Positions 37,201 to 53,100 are shown, numbered from the stretch's first letter. The stretch: 64,000 bases of DNA from Lingula anatina (GCA_051362555.1 CM120642.1:21948001-22012000); one strand, 5' to 3'. A program made the numbers and translations. The notes: generated by a model from the sequence alone, not told the origin.

Positions 37201-39144
37201 ATAACTGTGCATGCTGGTGTTGTTGCTGAAAGAACAGTTAATATTTCATGATTGTGTCATTACTGTTGGTGTTTGTATTTATTGTGAGCAATGTGTATCT
37301 CAGTTTAGTCACTCTATTTGTTTGTAAAAATTACTATTGCGCTGAATGATCATGCTGTCAATGAATGTCTATGTGTCTGTTTACACATGTATTCTGTTTG
37401 CTGTGTCTATACTGTATTTTCTGAATGTGTTTGTCTATATTGTGATGACTGTGTATGGCTGTGTTTTCACTCTTTTTCCTTGTGTTCATTCTCATTACGG
37501 TGCATGTTACTCTTGTCACTTCACATGTTAATATTTATTTTGATCACTGTATGATTATGTCGTAATTGTTTGTGTCTGCACATAATTGATTTGATTAATG
37601 TGAATGTTAGTGTTGTCACTCTTTGTGATTATATTTATTGTGAGCAATGTGTATGTCAGTTTTTTCAGTCTGTATGTTTTTAATCATTATTATAAATGTG
37701 CATGTTGGTGTTGTTGCTGTAAGCATAGCTTATGTGTCTGTTTATACCCTGATTGCTGTTTCCATTCTGTTTTGTCATTGTCTGTGTTTGTATGTATATA
37801 TATAATGACAACGTTGTATGTTTGTATTTTCACTCCATTGATCACTGTGTATGTCTGTGCTATCACCTAATTAAATAGTGTTCATTCTGGTTACTGTGCA
37901 TGGTTGTGTTGTCACTGTATATGTCAAAATTTATTCTGATCTCTGTTTATGTCTATATTGTGACTGTGTTTGTTTGCATTCATTTAAATTACCGTTCATG
38001 TTTGTGTCATTACTGTTGGTGTTTGTATTTATTGTAAGCAATGTGTATGTCAGATTTTGAACTCTATTTCTTTATAAACATTACTATTGTGCAATGATGG
38101 TGTTGTCAATGTGTGACTATCTGTCTATTTATATTCTGTTCTGAGAGAAAAAAAATGACATAAACATTGCTCACAATTAATATTCTAATTACAGTGCACA
38201 TTACTATTATCAATGTACATGTTTATATTTATTTTGAGAACTGTATGTTTCTGTCTATGTTTATGTTTGCCTTGTTACTATTTGTGTCTGCATATAATTC
38301 TGATCACTGTTTTAGACTGTTTGTTTTTCCATTCGTTTGTAATCATTATCATTGCTGTTCATGTTTGTGTTGTCATTGTTTGCGTTTGTTTTTATTGTGA
38401 TCACTGTGTATGTTTGTGTTATTATTGTTGGTGTTTGTATTTATTATTAGCAATGTGTATGTCAGTTTTGTCCCTCTATTTGTTTATCATTATAACTATA
38501 GCACTCAATGCTGAGTGTTGTCAATGTATGTCTATGTGTCTATTTATATTCTTTTTTCTGTGTCTATTCTGTATTGATACTAAATGTGTTTGTATATATT
38601 GTGATGACTGTGTACGGCTATGTTTGCACTCTTTTCCATTGTGTTCATTGTCATAACAGTGCACATTACTGTTATCACTGTTCATGTTAATATTTATTTT
38701 GATCACTGTGTATGTTTGTGTTCTTACTGTTTATGTCTGCACATAATTCTGATCACTGGGAAAATCTATTTGTCCTTCTGTTTGTTTGTAATATATATCA
38801 TTACTGTGCATGTTAATGTTGTCACTGTTTGTGTTTGTATTTATTGTGATTACTGTATGTGTTTGCGTAGTTACTGTTTATGTTTGTATATATTGTGAAC
38901 ACTGTTTCCATTCTGTACTGTCATTGTACATGTTTGTATATATATATTGTGATCACTTTTTCCTTGTGTTCTTTTTCATTACGATGCATGATACTGTTAT
39001 AACAGTTGCTTTGTTACTTTATATGGTAGTGTTGTCACTGTACATGTCAACTTATTCTGATCACTGAGTATGTCTGTAGTGTGACTGTGTTTGTTTCTAT
39101 TTATTTTGATTACTGTGCATGGTTTTGTTGTCACTGTTTGTGTT

Positions 39145-40703
39145 TTTATGTACAGACACAGATGTGTCTGTACATATAGCCATCATCTGCGTCTGTCGTC
39201 GCCGTCGTCGCTGTCGTCGCCGTCGTCGCCGTCGCCGTGCACTTTTACCGATAACTCGATAAGTGGAAAACCATTTTACCTTTTGACTTGAAACTTGCAG
39301 AACTGATGAATATTCATAATACGCAGGTCAAGTTCGAAAATCAGCATGATCGGGTCACTTTTAGGTAATTTATGCTGTTTTTTCACTTTTTTCAGCATAT
39401 ATGCAGCACCGATAACACGATAAGTGGAAAACCATTTTACCTTTTGACTTGAAACTTACAGAACTGATGAATATTCATAATACGCAGGTCAAGTTCGAAA
39501 ATCAGCATGATCGGGTTACTTTTAGGGAATTTATGCTGGTTTTTCACTTTTTTCAGCATGTATGCAGCACCGATAACTCGATAAGTGGAAAACCATTTTA
39601 CCTTTTGACTTGAAACTTACAGAACTGATGAATATTCATAATACGCAGGTCAAGTTCGAAAATCAGCATGATCGGGTTACTTTTAGGGAATTTATGCTGT
39701 TTTTTCACTTTTTTCAGCATATATGCAGCACCGATAACACGTTAAGTGGAAAACCATTTTACCTTTTGACTTGAAACTTACAGAACTGATGAATATTCAT
39801 AATACGCAGGTCAAGTTCGAAAATCAGCATGATCGGGTCACTTTTAGGGAATTTATGCTGTTTTTTCACTATTTTCAATATAAATGCAACACTGATAACA
39901 CAATATAAGATTGGCCAATTGTAATTATACTCACAGGAGTGGTCAATCTTACTAAAACGCAGGTTGAGTTCGAAAATAAGTATAATCGGGCCATTACTTA
40001 AGAAGTTATACTGTTTTTTCACATTTCCTCAGATTCAATTATTAGGCATGTTAACAGTCTCATTATTTAACTAATAAGATGCCTAAAAGTGTTTGTTTGA
40101 TATTTCCTGCATCTTTACAACATTGTTAGTTGATTATGTCAAAAACATGGTAAACTTGTTATCATGTATTGTGTAATAAAGTGTCAAAAATGGAAATAAA
40201 CTCATATCATTGCAGTTTGTCAGATTCAATCATCCACTATGTTCAGAATCTCAGAATGGAGGAAATTGGACATTTAACACTGTTCTATTGATACTTTTCC
40301 CATCTCATCAATTTTCTTAGTTGGACATATAAAAATGGCAGTAAAATGTTTATTTTGTTTTATGTTAAAAAAGAGTTAAAAATAGAAATAAACCCATTTC
40401 AGAACAGTGCTGTCTTGTTTACATTTTGGCATTATCAAGGCGTGACTTTGAAGTTCCATGGGCCTGAAGACCTTTGCTAGTCACATTTTCTGAATATCTG
40501 TGATACAAATATTTTATAATTAAAAATTGATGGTCATTAAGCTGTTAAACATTATGTAATATTGCATCAAAATTTGAAGAAACCCCCATTTTGGGCACTG
40601 CTTCCATGATGACCATTTAAGGAAAATCATGTCACTTACTGTTTTCAAACTTACAGGATAGAAACATGGGACTAAAATACAGCTTCAGTAGGCAATGCAG
40701 TCT

Positions 40704-40749
<46 letters not shown>

Positions 40750-41179
40750 TTAAACAGTTTTTTGTGAAAATGTAATTTTTCACATATTGGCATTTTCAAG
40801 GTGTGACTTTAAAGTTCCATGATCTTGAAGACTTTTGCTTGTCACATTTTCTGAATGTCCATGTTACTAATATTTTATTAATAACATTTGATTGTCATTA
40901 TGCTGTTAAACATTATGTAATGTTGCATCAAAATTTGAAGAAACCCCTATTTTGGGCACTGCTCCTATGATGACCATTTAAGGGAAATCATGTCACTTAC
41001 TGTTCTCAAACTTACAGGAAAGAAACATGGGTCTAACATACAGCTTCAATAGGCAACGCAGTCTGTTTGGTAAATTTTTCTGGCAATTTAACAGTTTTTT
41101 GTGAAAATTTAATTTTTCACTTATTTGCATCTTTATTTTCTGTTCTTTGTCTGTACATTTGACAGCTTTGCTGCCTTGT
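39145..41179 (+). mobile_element. HINE-like element, family 2, complete copy inserted in the satellite edge
   Basis: 5' ATGTACAGACACAGATGTGTCTGTACAT palindrome, (GTC/GCC)n tract, 161-bp tandem repeats, 3' subTIR TGTCTGTACAT and GACAGC/GCTGCC hairpin. The flanks rejoin to a satellite motif at a T run with no target-site duplication. Confidence 0.88.
39250..39900 (+). repeat. 161-bp tandem array inside the family-2 HINE
   Basis: G(A/T)TAAGTGGAAAACCATTTTACC at 39258, 39419, 39580 and 39741. Confidence 0.95.
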
Positions 41180-44100
41180 TATTTATTGTGATCACTGTAT
41201 GTGTTTGTGTTCTTACTGTTTGTGTCTGCACATAATTCTGATCACTGTGAAAGTCTGTTTGTCCTTCTGTTTGTTTGTAATAATTATCATTACTGTGCAT
41301 GATTGTGTTGTCACTGTTTGTGTTTGTATTTATCGTGATCACTGTATATGTTTGCGTTGTTACTGTTGATATTTGTATTTATTGTCAACACTGTTTCCAT
41401 TCTGTACTGTCATTGTGTGTGTTTGTATATATATTGTGATCACTGTGTATGTCTCTGTTTTCACTCCATCACTGATCACTGTGTATTACTGTGTAATCAT
41501 CCAATTAATTTGTGTTCATTCTGATTACTCTACATGGTTGTGTTGTCACTGTACATGTCAAAATTCATTCTGATCACTGTGTATGTCTGTATTGTGACTG
41601 TGTTTGTTTGTATTTATTTACATTAATGTTCATGTTTGTGTTGGCACTGGTCATTTTTGTATTTATTGTGAGCATTATGTACGTCTATTTTGTCAGTGTA
41701 TTTGTTTGTAATCATTACTATTACTCTGCATGATAGTACTGTCACTGTATGTCTATGTGTCTGTTTATATTCTGTTCTCTGTGTCTATTCTGTATTGTCA
41801 CTGTATGTGTTTCCATGTATTGTGATCACTGTGTATGGCTATGTTTTCACTCTTTTTCCTTGTGTTCATTTTCATTACGATGCATGTTACTGTTATAACT
41901 GTACATGTTAATATTTATTTTGATCACTGTACCTGTTTGTGTCATTACTGTTGGTGTTTGTATTTATTGAGAGCAATGTTTATGTCAGTTTTTTTCTCTC
42001 TATATGTTTTTAATCATTATTATAACTGTTCATGTTTGTGTTGTTGCTGCAAGCATAGATTGTGGCTGTTTATATTCCGATTGCTGTTTCCATTTTCTAT
42101 TGTCATGTGTGTATGTCTGTATTGTGACTGTGTTTGTTTGTATTTATTTACATTACTGTTCATGTTTGTGTCATTACTGTTGGTGTTTGTATTAATTGTT
42201 AGCAATGCTTATGTCAGTTTTGTCCCTCTTTTTGTTTATTATTATAACTATAGCACTCAATGCTGAGTGTTGTCAATGTATGTCTATGTGTCTATTTATA
42301 TTCTTTTTCTGTGTCTATTCTGTATTGATACTAAATGTGTTTGTGTATATTGTGATGACTGTGTACGGCTATGTTTGCACTCTTTTCCCTTGTGTTCATT
42401 GTCATAACAGTGCACATTACTGTTATCATTGTCCATGTGAATATTTATTAAGATCAATGTGTATGTTTGTGTTGTTACTGTTTGTGTCTGCACATAATTC
42501 TGATCACTGTGAAAGTCTATTTGTCCTTCTGTTTGTTTGTAATAATTCTCATTACTGTGCATGATAATGATGTCACTGTTTGTGTTTGTATTTATTGTGA
42601 TCACTGTGTGTGTTTGCGTAGGTACTGTTGTTGTTTGTATTTATTGTGAACACTGTTTCTATTCAGTGCTGTCATTGTACGTGTTTGTATATATATTGTG
42701 ATCACTCCATCCTTGTGTTCATTTTCATTACAATGCATGTTACTGTTATAACAGTTACTTTGTTACTTTATATGGTTGTGTTGTCACTGTACATGTCAAC
42801 TTATTCTGTTCACTGTGTATGTCTGTATTGTGACTGTGTTTGTTTGTATTTATTTTGATTACTGTGCATGATTGTCTTGTCACTGTTTGTGTTTGTATTT
42901 ATCATGATCACTGTTTATGTTTGCGTCGTTACTGTTGATGTTTGTATTTATTGTCAACACTGTTTCCATGCTGTACTGTCATTGTATGTTTTTGTATATA
43001 TATTGTGATCACTGTGTATGTCTTTGTTTTCACCCCATCACTGATCATTGTGTATGACTGTGCTATCACCTAATTAATTAGTGTTCATTCTGGTTACTGT
43101 GCATGGTTGTGTTGTCACTATACATGTCAAAATTTATTCTGATCACTGTGTATGTCTGTATTGTGACTGTGTTTGTTTGTATTTATTTACATTACTGTTC
43201 ACATTTGTGTTGTCACTGTTCGTGTTTCTATTTATTGTGAGCAATGTGTATGTCTGTTTTGTCAATGTATTTGTTTGTAATCATTTCTATTACTCTGCAT
43301 GATGGTACTGTCACTGTATGTGTATGTGTCTCTTTATATTCTGTTCTCTGTGTCTATTCTGTATTGTCACTGTATGTGTTTCCATGTATTGTGATCACTG
43401 TGTACGGCTATGTTTTCACTCTTTTTTCCTTTTGCTCATTTTCATTACGAAGCATGTTACTGTTATAACTGTGCATGTTAATATTTATTTTGATCACTGT
43501 TCATGTTTGTGTCATTACTGTTGGTGTTTCTATTGTGAGCAATGTTTATGTCAGTTTTTACTCTCTATATGTTTCTTTATCATTATTATAACTGTTCATG
43601 TTTGTGTTGTTGCTGTAAGCATAGTTTGTGTCTTTTTATGTTCCAATTGCTGTTTCCATTCTCTATTGTCATTATATGTGTTTGTATATGTATTGTGATC
43701 ACTGTGTATGTCTGTGTTTTCACCCTATCACTGATCACTGTGCATGACTGTGCTATCACCTAATTATATAATTAGTGTTCATTCTGGTTACTGTGCATGG
43801 TTGCGTTGTCACTGTACATGTCAAAATTTATTCTGATCACTGTCTATGTCTGTATTGTGACTGTGTTTGTTTGTATTTATTAACATTACTGTTCATGTTT
43901 GTGTCATTACTGTTGGTGTTTTTATTTATTGTTAGTAATGTGTATGTCAGTTTTGTCTTTAAATTACTACTGCGCTGAATGATGGTGTTTTCAATGTATG
44001 ACTATGTTTCTGTTTATATTCTGTTTGCTGTGTCTATTCACTATTGCTACTGAATGTGTTTGTATATATTGTGGTTACTGTGTATGGCTATGTTTCCACC

Positions 44101-47100
44101 CTTTTTCCTTGTGTTTATTCTAATTACAGTGCACATTACTATTATCAATGTACATGTTTATATTAATTTTGACCACTGTGTATGTTTGTGTTGTTACTGT
44201 TTGTGTCTACACATTATTCTGATCACTATGAAAGTCTGTTTGTCCTTCTATTTGTTTGTAATAATTATCATTACTGTGCCTGTTAATGTTATCACTGTTT
44301 GTGTTTGTATTTATTGTGATCACTGTATGTGTTTGCATAGTTACTGTTTATGTTTGTATTTATTGTGAACACTGTTTCTATTCTGTACTGTCATTGTACA
44401 TGTTTGTATATATATTGTGATCACTGTGTATATCTCTGTTTTTCACTCCATCACTGATCACTGTGTATTACTGTGTATTACTGTGTAATCATCCAATTAA
44501 TTTGTGTTTATTCTGATTACTATACATGGTTGCGTTGTCACTGTACATGTCAAAATTTATTCTGAACACTGTGTATGTCTGTATTGTGACTGTGTTTGTT
44601 TGTATTTATTTACATTACTGCTCTCGTTTGTGTTGTCACTGTTCGTGTTTGTATTTATTGTGAGCAATGTGCATGTCTGTTTTGTCAATGTATTTGTTTG
44701 TAATCATTACTATTACTCTGCATGATAGTACTGTCACTGTATGTCTGTGTGTCTGTTTATATTCTTGTGTTCATTTTCATTACTGTGGAAGTTACTTTTA
44801 TCACTTTTACTGTTAATATTTATTTTGTTCACTATGCTTGTTACTGTTATAACAGCTACTTGGTTACTTTACATGGTTGTGTAGTCACTGTACATGTCAG
44901 CTTATTCTGTTCATTGTGTATGTCTGTGTTTTCACCCCATCACTATCACTGTGTATGACTGTGCTATCACCTAATTATATATGTGTTTATTCTGGTTACT
45001 GTGCATGGTTGTGTTGTCACTGTACATGTCAAAATTTATTCTGATCACTGTGTATGTCTGTATTGTGACTGTGTTTGTTTGTATTTATTTACATTACTGT
45101 TCATGTTTGTGTCATTACTGTTGGTGTTTGTATTAATTGTTAGCAATGCTTATGTCAGTTTTGTCCCTCTTTTTGTTTATTATTATAACTATAGCACTCA
45201 ATGCTGAGTGTTGTCAATGTATGTCTATGTGTCTATTTATATTCTTTTTCTGTGTCTATTCTGTATTGATACTAAATGTGTTTGTGTATATTGTGATGAC
45301 TGTGTACGGCTATGTTTGCACTCTTTTCCCTTGTGTTCATTGTCATAACAGTGCACATTACTGTTATCATTGTCCATGTGAATATTTATTAAGATCAATG
45401 TGTATGTTTGTGTTGTTACTGTTTGTGTCTGCACATAATTCTGATCACTGTGAAAGTCTATTTGTCCTTCTGTTTGTTTGTAATAATTCTCATTACTGTG
45501 CATGATAATGATGTCAATGTTTGTGTTTGTATTTATTGTGATCACTGTGTGTGTTTGCGTAGGTACTGTTGTTGTTTGTATTTATTGTGAACACTGTTTC
45601 TATTCAGTGCTGTCATTGTACGTGTTTGTATATATATTGTGATCACTCCATCCTTGTGTTCATTTTCATTACAATGCATGTTACTGTTATAACAGTTACT
45701 TTGTTACTTTATATGGTTGTGTTGTCACTGTACATGTCAACTTATTCTGTTCACTGTGTATGTCTGTATTGTGACTGTGTTTGTTTGTATTTATTTTGAT
45801 TACTGTGCATGATTGTCTTGTCACTGTTTGTGTTTGTATTTATCATGATCACTGTTTATGTTTGCGTCGTTACTGTTGATGTTTGTATTTATTGTCAACA
45901 CTGTTTCCATGCTGTACTGTCATTGTATGTTTTTGTATATATATTGTGATCACTGTGTATGTCTTTGTTTTCACCCCATCACTGATCATTGTGTATGACT
46001 GTGCTATCACCTAATTAATTAGTGTTCATTCTGGTTACTGTGCATGGTTGTGTTGTCACTATACATGTCAAAATTTATTCTGATCACTGTGTATGTCTGT
46101 ATTGTGACTGTGTTTGTTTGTATTTATTCACATTACTGTTCACATTTGTGTTGTCACTGTTCGTGTTTCTATTTATTGTGAGCAATGTGTATGTCTGTTT
46201 TGTCAATGTATTTGTTTGTAATCATTTCTATTACTCTGCATGATGGTACTGTCACTGTATGTGTATGTGTCTCTTTATATTCTGTTCTCTGTGTCTATTC
46301 TGTATTGTCACTGTATGTGTTTCCATGTATTGTGATCACTGTGTACGGCTATGTTTTCACTCTTTTTTCCTTTTGCTCATTTTCATTACGAAGCATGTTA
46401 CTGTTATAACTGTGCATGTTAATATTTATTTTGATCACTGTTCATGTTTGTGTCATTACTGTTGGTGTTTCTATTGTGAGCAATGTTTATGTCAGTTTTT
46501 ACTCTCTATATGTTTCTTTATCATTATTATAACTGTTCATGTTTGTGTTGTTGCTGTAAGCATAGTTTGTGTCTTTTTATGTTCCAATTGCTGTTTCCAT
46601 TCTCTATTGTCATTATATGTGTTTGTATATGTATTGTGATCACTGTGTATGTCTGTGTTTTCACCCTATCACTGATCACTGTGCATGACTGTGCTATCAC
46701 CTAATTATATAATTAGTGTTCATTCTGGTTACTGTGCATGGTTGCGTTGTCACTGTACATGTCAAAATTTATTCTGATCACTGTGTATGTCTGTATTGTG
46801 ACTGTGTTTGTTTGTATTTATTAACATTACTGTTCATGTTTGTGTCATTACTGTTGGTGTTTTTATTTATTGTTAGTAATGTGTATGTCAGTTTTGTCTT
46901 TAAATTACTACTGCGCTGAATGATGGTGTTTTCAATGTATGACTATGTTTCTGTTTATATTCTGTTTGCTGTGTCTATTCACTATTGCTACTGAATGTGT
47001 TTGTATATATTGTGGTTACTGTGTATGGCTATGTTTCCACCCTTTTTCCTTGTGTTTATTCTAATTACAGTGCACATTACTATTATCAATGTACATGTTT

Positions 47101-50100
47101 ATATTAATTTTGACCACTGTGTATGTTTGTGTTGTTACTGTTTGTGTCTACACATTATTCTGATCACTATGAAAGTCTGTTTGTCCTTCTATTTGTTTGT
47201 AATAATTATCATTACTGTGCCTGTTAATGTTATCACTGTTTGTGTTTGTATTTATTGTGATCACTGTATGTGTTTGCATAGTTACTGTTTATGTTTGTAT
47301 TTATTGTGAACACTGTTTCTATTCTGTACTGTCATTGTACATGTTTGTATATATATTGTGATCACTGTGTATATCTCTGTTTTTCACTCCATCACTGATC
47401 ACTTTGTATTACTGTGTATTACTGTGTAATCATCCAATTAATTTGTGTTTATTCTGATTACTATACATGGTTGCGTTGTCACTGTACATGTCAAAATTTA
47501 TTCTGAACACTGTGTATGTCTGTATTGTGACTGTGTTTGTTTGTATTTATTTACATTACTGCTCTCGTTTGTGTTGTCACTGTTCGTGTTTGTATTTATT
47601 GTGAGCAATGTGCATGTCTGTTTTGTCAATGTATTTGTTTGTAATCATTACTATTACTCTGCATGATAGTACTGTCACTGTATGTCTGTGTGTCTGTTTA
47701 TATTCTTGTGTTCATTTTCATTACTGTGGAAGTTACTTTTATCACTTTTACTGTTAATATTTATTTTGTTCACTATGCTTGTTACTGTTATAACAGCTAC
47801 TTGGTTACTTTACATGGTTGTGTAGTCACTGTACATGTCAGCTTATTCTGTTCATTGTGTATGTCTGTGTTTTCACCCCATCACTATCACTGTGTATGAC
47901 TGTGCTATCACCTAATTATATATGTGTTTATTCTGGTTACTGTGCATGGTTGTGTTGTCACTGTACATGTCAAAATTTATTCTGATCACTGTGTATGTCT
48001 GTATTGTGACTGTGTTTGTTTGTATTTATTTACATTACTGTTCATGTTTGTGTCATTACTGTTGGTGTTTGTATTTATTGTTAGCAATGCTTATGTCAGT
48101 TTTGTCACTCTCTTTGTTTTGTCACTCTCTTGTGTTTATTCTAATTACAGTGCACATTACTATTATCAATGTACATGTTTATATTCATTTTGATCACTGT
48201 GTATGTTTGCGTTGTTACTGTTTGTGTCTGCATATAATTCTGATCACTGTGTAAGTCTGTTTGTTTTTCTATTTGTTTGTAATCATTATCATTGCTGTTC
48301 ATGTTTGTGTTGTCATTGTTTGGGTTTGTTTTTATTGCGATCACTGTGTATGTTTGTGTCATTATTGTTGGTGTTTGTATTTATTATTAGCAATGTGTAT
48401 GTCAGTTTTGTCCCTCTATTTGTTTATTATTATAACTATAGCACTGAATGCTGAGTGTTGTCAATGTATGTCTATGTGTCTATTTATATTCTTTTTTCTG
48501 TGTCTATTCTGTATTGATACTAAATGTGTTTGTGTATATTGTGATGATTGTGTACAGCTATGTTTGCACTCTTTTCCCTTGTGTTCATTGTCATATCAGT
48601 TCACATTACTGTTATCACTGTTCATGTATATATTTATTTTGATCAAAGTGTATGTTTGTGTTGTTATTGTTTGTGTCTGCACATAATTCTGATCACTGTG
48701 AAAGTCTATTTGTCCTTCTGTTTGTTTGTAATAAATATCATTACTGTGCATGTTAATGTTGTCACTGTTTGTGTTTGTATTTATCGTGATCACTGTATGT
48801 GTTTGCGTCATTACTATTGATGTTTGTATTTATTGTGAACACTATTTCCATTCTGTACTGTTCGTGTTTGTATATATATTGTGATCACTGTGTATGTCTC
48901 TGTTTTCACTCCATCACTGATCACTGTGTATTACTGTGTAATCATCCAATTAATTTGTGTTCATTCTGATTACTCTACATGGTTGTGTTGTCACTGTACA
49001 TGTCAAAATTCATTCTGATCACTGTGTATGTCTGTATTGTGACTGTGTTTGTTTGTATTTATTTACATTAATGTTCATGTTTGTGTTGGCACTGGTCATT
49101 TTTGTATTTATTGTGAGCATTATGTACGTCTATTTTGTCAGTGTATTTGTTTGTAATCATTACTATTACTCTGCATGATAGTACTGTCACTGTATGTCTA
49201 TGTGTCTGTTTATATTCTGTTCTCTGTGTCTATTCTGTATTGTCACTGTATGTGTTTCCATGTATTGTGATCACTGTGTATGGCTATGTTTTCACTCTTT
49301 TTCCTTGTGGTCATTTTCATTACGATGCATGTTACTGTTATAACTGTACATGTTAATATTTATTTTGATCACTGTACCTGTTTGTGTCATTACTGTTGGT
49401 GTTTGTATTTATTGAGAGCAATGTTTATGTCAGTTTTTTCTCTCTATATGTTTTTAATCATTATTATAACTGTTCATGTTTGTGTTGTTGCTGCAAGCAT
49501 AGATTGTGGCTGTTTATATTCCGATTGCTGTTTCCATTTTCTATTGTCATGTGTGTATGTCTGTATTGTGACTGTGTTTGTTTGTATTTATTTACATTAC
49601 TGTTCATGTTTGTGTCATTACTGTTGGTGTTTGTATTAATTGTTAGCAATGCTTATGTCAGTTTTGTCCCTCTTTTTGTTTATTATTATAACTATAGCAC
49701 TCAATGCTGAGTGTTGTCAATGTATGTCTATGTGTCTATTTATATTCTTTTTCTGTGTCTATTCTGTATTGATACTAAATGTGTTTGTGTATATTGTGAT
49801 GACTGTGTACGGCTATGTTTGCACTCTTTTCCCTTGTGTTCATTGTCATAACAGTGCACATTACTGTTATCATTGTCCATGTGAATATTTATTAAGATCA
49901 ATGTGTATGTTTGTGTTGTTACTGTTTGTGTCTGCACATAATTCTGATCACTGTGAAAGTCTATTTGTCCTTCTGTTTGTTTGTAATAATTCTCATTACT
50001 GTGCATGATAATGATGTCACTGTTTGTGTTTGTATTTATTGTGATCACTGTGTGTGTTTGCGTAGGTACTGTTGTTGTTTGTATTTATTGTGAACACTGT

Positions 50101-53100
50101 TTCTATTCAGTGCTGTCATTGTACGTGTTTGTATATATATTGTGATCACTCCATCCTTGTGTTCATTTTCATTACAATGCATGTTACTGTTATAACAGTT
50201 ACTTTGTTACTTTATATGGTTGTGTTGTCACTGTACATGTCAACTTATTCTGTTCACTGTGTATGTCTGTATTGTGACTGTGTTTGTTTGTATTTATTTT
50301 GATTACTGTGCATGATTGTCTTGTCACTGTTTGTGTTTGTATTTATCATGATCACTGTTTATGTTTGCGTCGTTACTGTTGATGTTTGTATTTATTGTCA
50401 ACACTGTTTCCATGCTGTACTGTCATTGTATGTTTTTGTATATATATTGTGATCACTGTGTATGTCTTTGTTTTCACCCCATCACTGATCATTGTGTATG
50501 ACTGTGCTATCACCTAATTAATTAGTGTTCATTCTGGTTACTGTGCATGGTTGTGTTGTCACTATACATGTCAAAATTTATTCTGATCACTGTGTATGTC
50601 TGTATTGTGACTGTGTTTGTTTGTATTTATTTACATTACTGTTCACATTTGTGTTGTCACTGTTCGTGTTTCTATTTATTGTGAGCAATGTGTATGTCTG
50701 TTTTGTCAATGTATTTGTTTGTAATCATTTCTATTACTCTGCATGATGGTACTGTCACTGTATGTGTATGTGTCTCTTTATATTCTGTTCTCTGTGTCTA
50801 TTCTGTATTGTCACTGTATGTGTTTCCATGTATTGTGATCACTGTGTACGGCTATGTTTTCACTCTTTTTTCCTTTTGCTCATTTTCATTACGAAGCATG
50901 TTACTGTTATAACTGTGCATGTTAATATTTATTTTGATCACTGTTCATGTTTGTGTCATTACTGTTGGTGTTTCTATTGTGAGCAATGTTTATGTCAGTT
51001 TTTACTCTCTATATGTTTCTTTATCATTATTATAACTGTTCATGTTTGTGTTGTTGCTGTAAGCATAGTTTGTGTCTTTTTATGTTCCAATTGCTGTTTC
51101 CATTCTCTATTGTCATTATATGTGTTTGTATATGTATTGTGATCACTGTGTATGTCTGTGTTTTCACCCTATCACTGATCACTGTGCATGACTGTGCTAT
51201 CACCTAATTATATAATTAGTGTTCATTCTGGTTACTGTGCATGGTTGCGTTGTCACTGTACATGTCAAAATTTATTCTGATCACTGTGTATGTCTGTATT
51301 GTGACTGTGTTTGTTTGTATTTATTAACATTACTGTTCATGTTTGTGTCATTACTGTTGGTGTTTTTATTTATTGTTAGTAATGTGTATGTCAGTTTTGT
51401 CTTTTAATTACTACTGCGCTGAATGATGGTGTTTTCAATGTATGACTATGTTTCTGTTTATATTCTGTTTGCTGTGTCTATTCACTATTGCTACTGAATG
51501 TGTTTGTATATATTGTGGTTACTGTGTATGGCTATGTTTCCACCCTTTTTCCTTGTGTTTATTCTAATTACAGTGCACATTACTATTATCAATGTACATG
51601 TTTATATTAATTTTGACCACTGTGTATGTTTGTGTTGTTACTGTTTGTGTCTACACATTATTCTGATCACTATGAAAGTCTGTTTGTCCTTCTATTTGTT
51701 TGTAATAATTATCATTACTGTGCCTGTTAATGTTATCACTGTTTGTGTTTGTATTTATTGTGATCACTGTATGTGTTTGCATAGTTACTGTTTATGTTTG
51801 TATTTATTGTGAACACTGTTTCTATTCTGTACTGTCATTGTACATGTTTGTATATATATTGTGATCACTGTGTATATCTCTGTTTTTCACTCCATCACTG
51901 ATCAATGTGTATTACTGTGTATTACTGTGTAATCATCCAATTAATTTGTGTTTATTCTGATTACTATACATGGTTGCGTTGTCACTGTACATGTCAAAAT
52001 TTATTCTGAACACTGTGTATGTCTGTATTGTGACTGTGTTTGTTTGTATTTATTTACATTACTGCTCTCGTTTGTGTTGTCACTGTTCGTGTTTGTATTT
52101 ATTGTGAGCAATGTGCATGTCTGTTTTGTCAATGTATTTGTTTGTAATCATTACTATTACTCTGCATGATAGTACTGTCACTGTATGTCTGTGTGTCTGT
52201 TTATATTCTTGTGTTCATTTTCATTACTGTGGAAGTTACTTTTATCACTTTTACTGTTAATATTTATTTTGTTCACTATGCTTGTTACTGTTATAACAGC
52301 TACTTGGTTACTTTACATGGTTGTGTAGTCACTGTACATGTCAGCTTATTCTGTTCATTGTGTATGTCTGTGTTTTCACCCCATCACTATCACTGTGTAT
52401 GACTGTGCTATCACCTAATTATATATGTGTTTATTCTGGTTACTGTGCATGGTTGTGTTGTCACTGTACATGTCAAAATTTATTCTGATCACTGTGTATG
52501 TCTGTATTGTGACTGTGTTTGTTTGTATTTATTTACATTACTGTTCATGTTTGTGTCATTACTGTTGGTGTTTGTATTAATTGTTAGCAATGCTTATGTC
52601 AGTTTTGTCCCTCTTTTTGTTTATTATTATAACTATAGCACTCAATGCTGAGTGTTGTCAATGTATGTCTATGTGTCTATTTATATTCTTTTTCTGTGTC
52701 TATTCTGTATTGATACTAAATGTGTTTGTGTATATTGTGATGACTGTGTACGGCTATGTTTGCACTCTTTTCCCTTGTGTTCATTGTCATAACAGTGCAC
52801 ATTACTGTTATCATTGTCCATGTGAATATTTATTAAGATCAATGTGTATGTTTGTGTTGTTACTGTTTGTGTCTGCACATAATTCTGATCACTGTGAAAG
52901 TCTATTTGTCCTTCTGTTTGTTTGTAATAATTCTCATTACTGTGCATGATAATGATGTCAATGTTTGTGTTTGTATTTATTGTGATCACTGTGTGTGTTT
53001 GCGTAGGTACTGTTGTTGTTTGTATTTATTGTGAACACTGTTTCTATTCAGTGCTGTCATTGTACGTGTTTGTATATATATTGTGATCACTCCATCCTTG

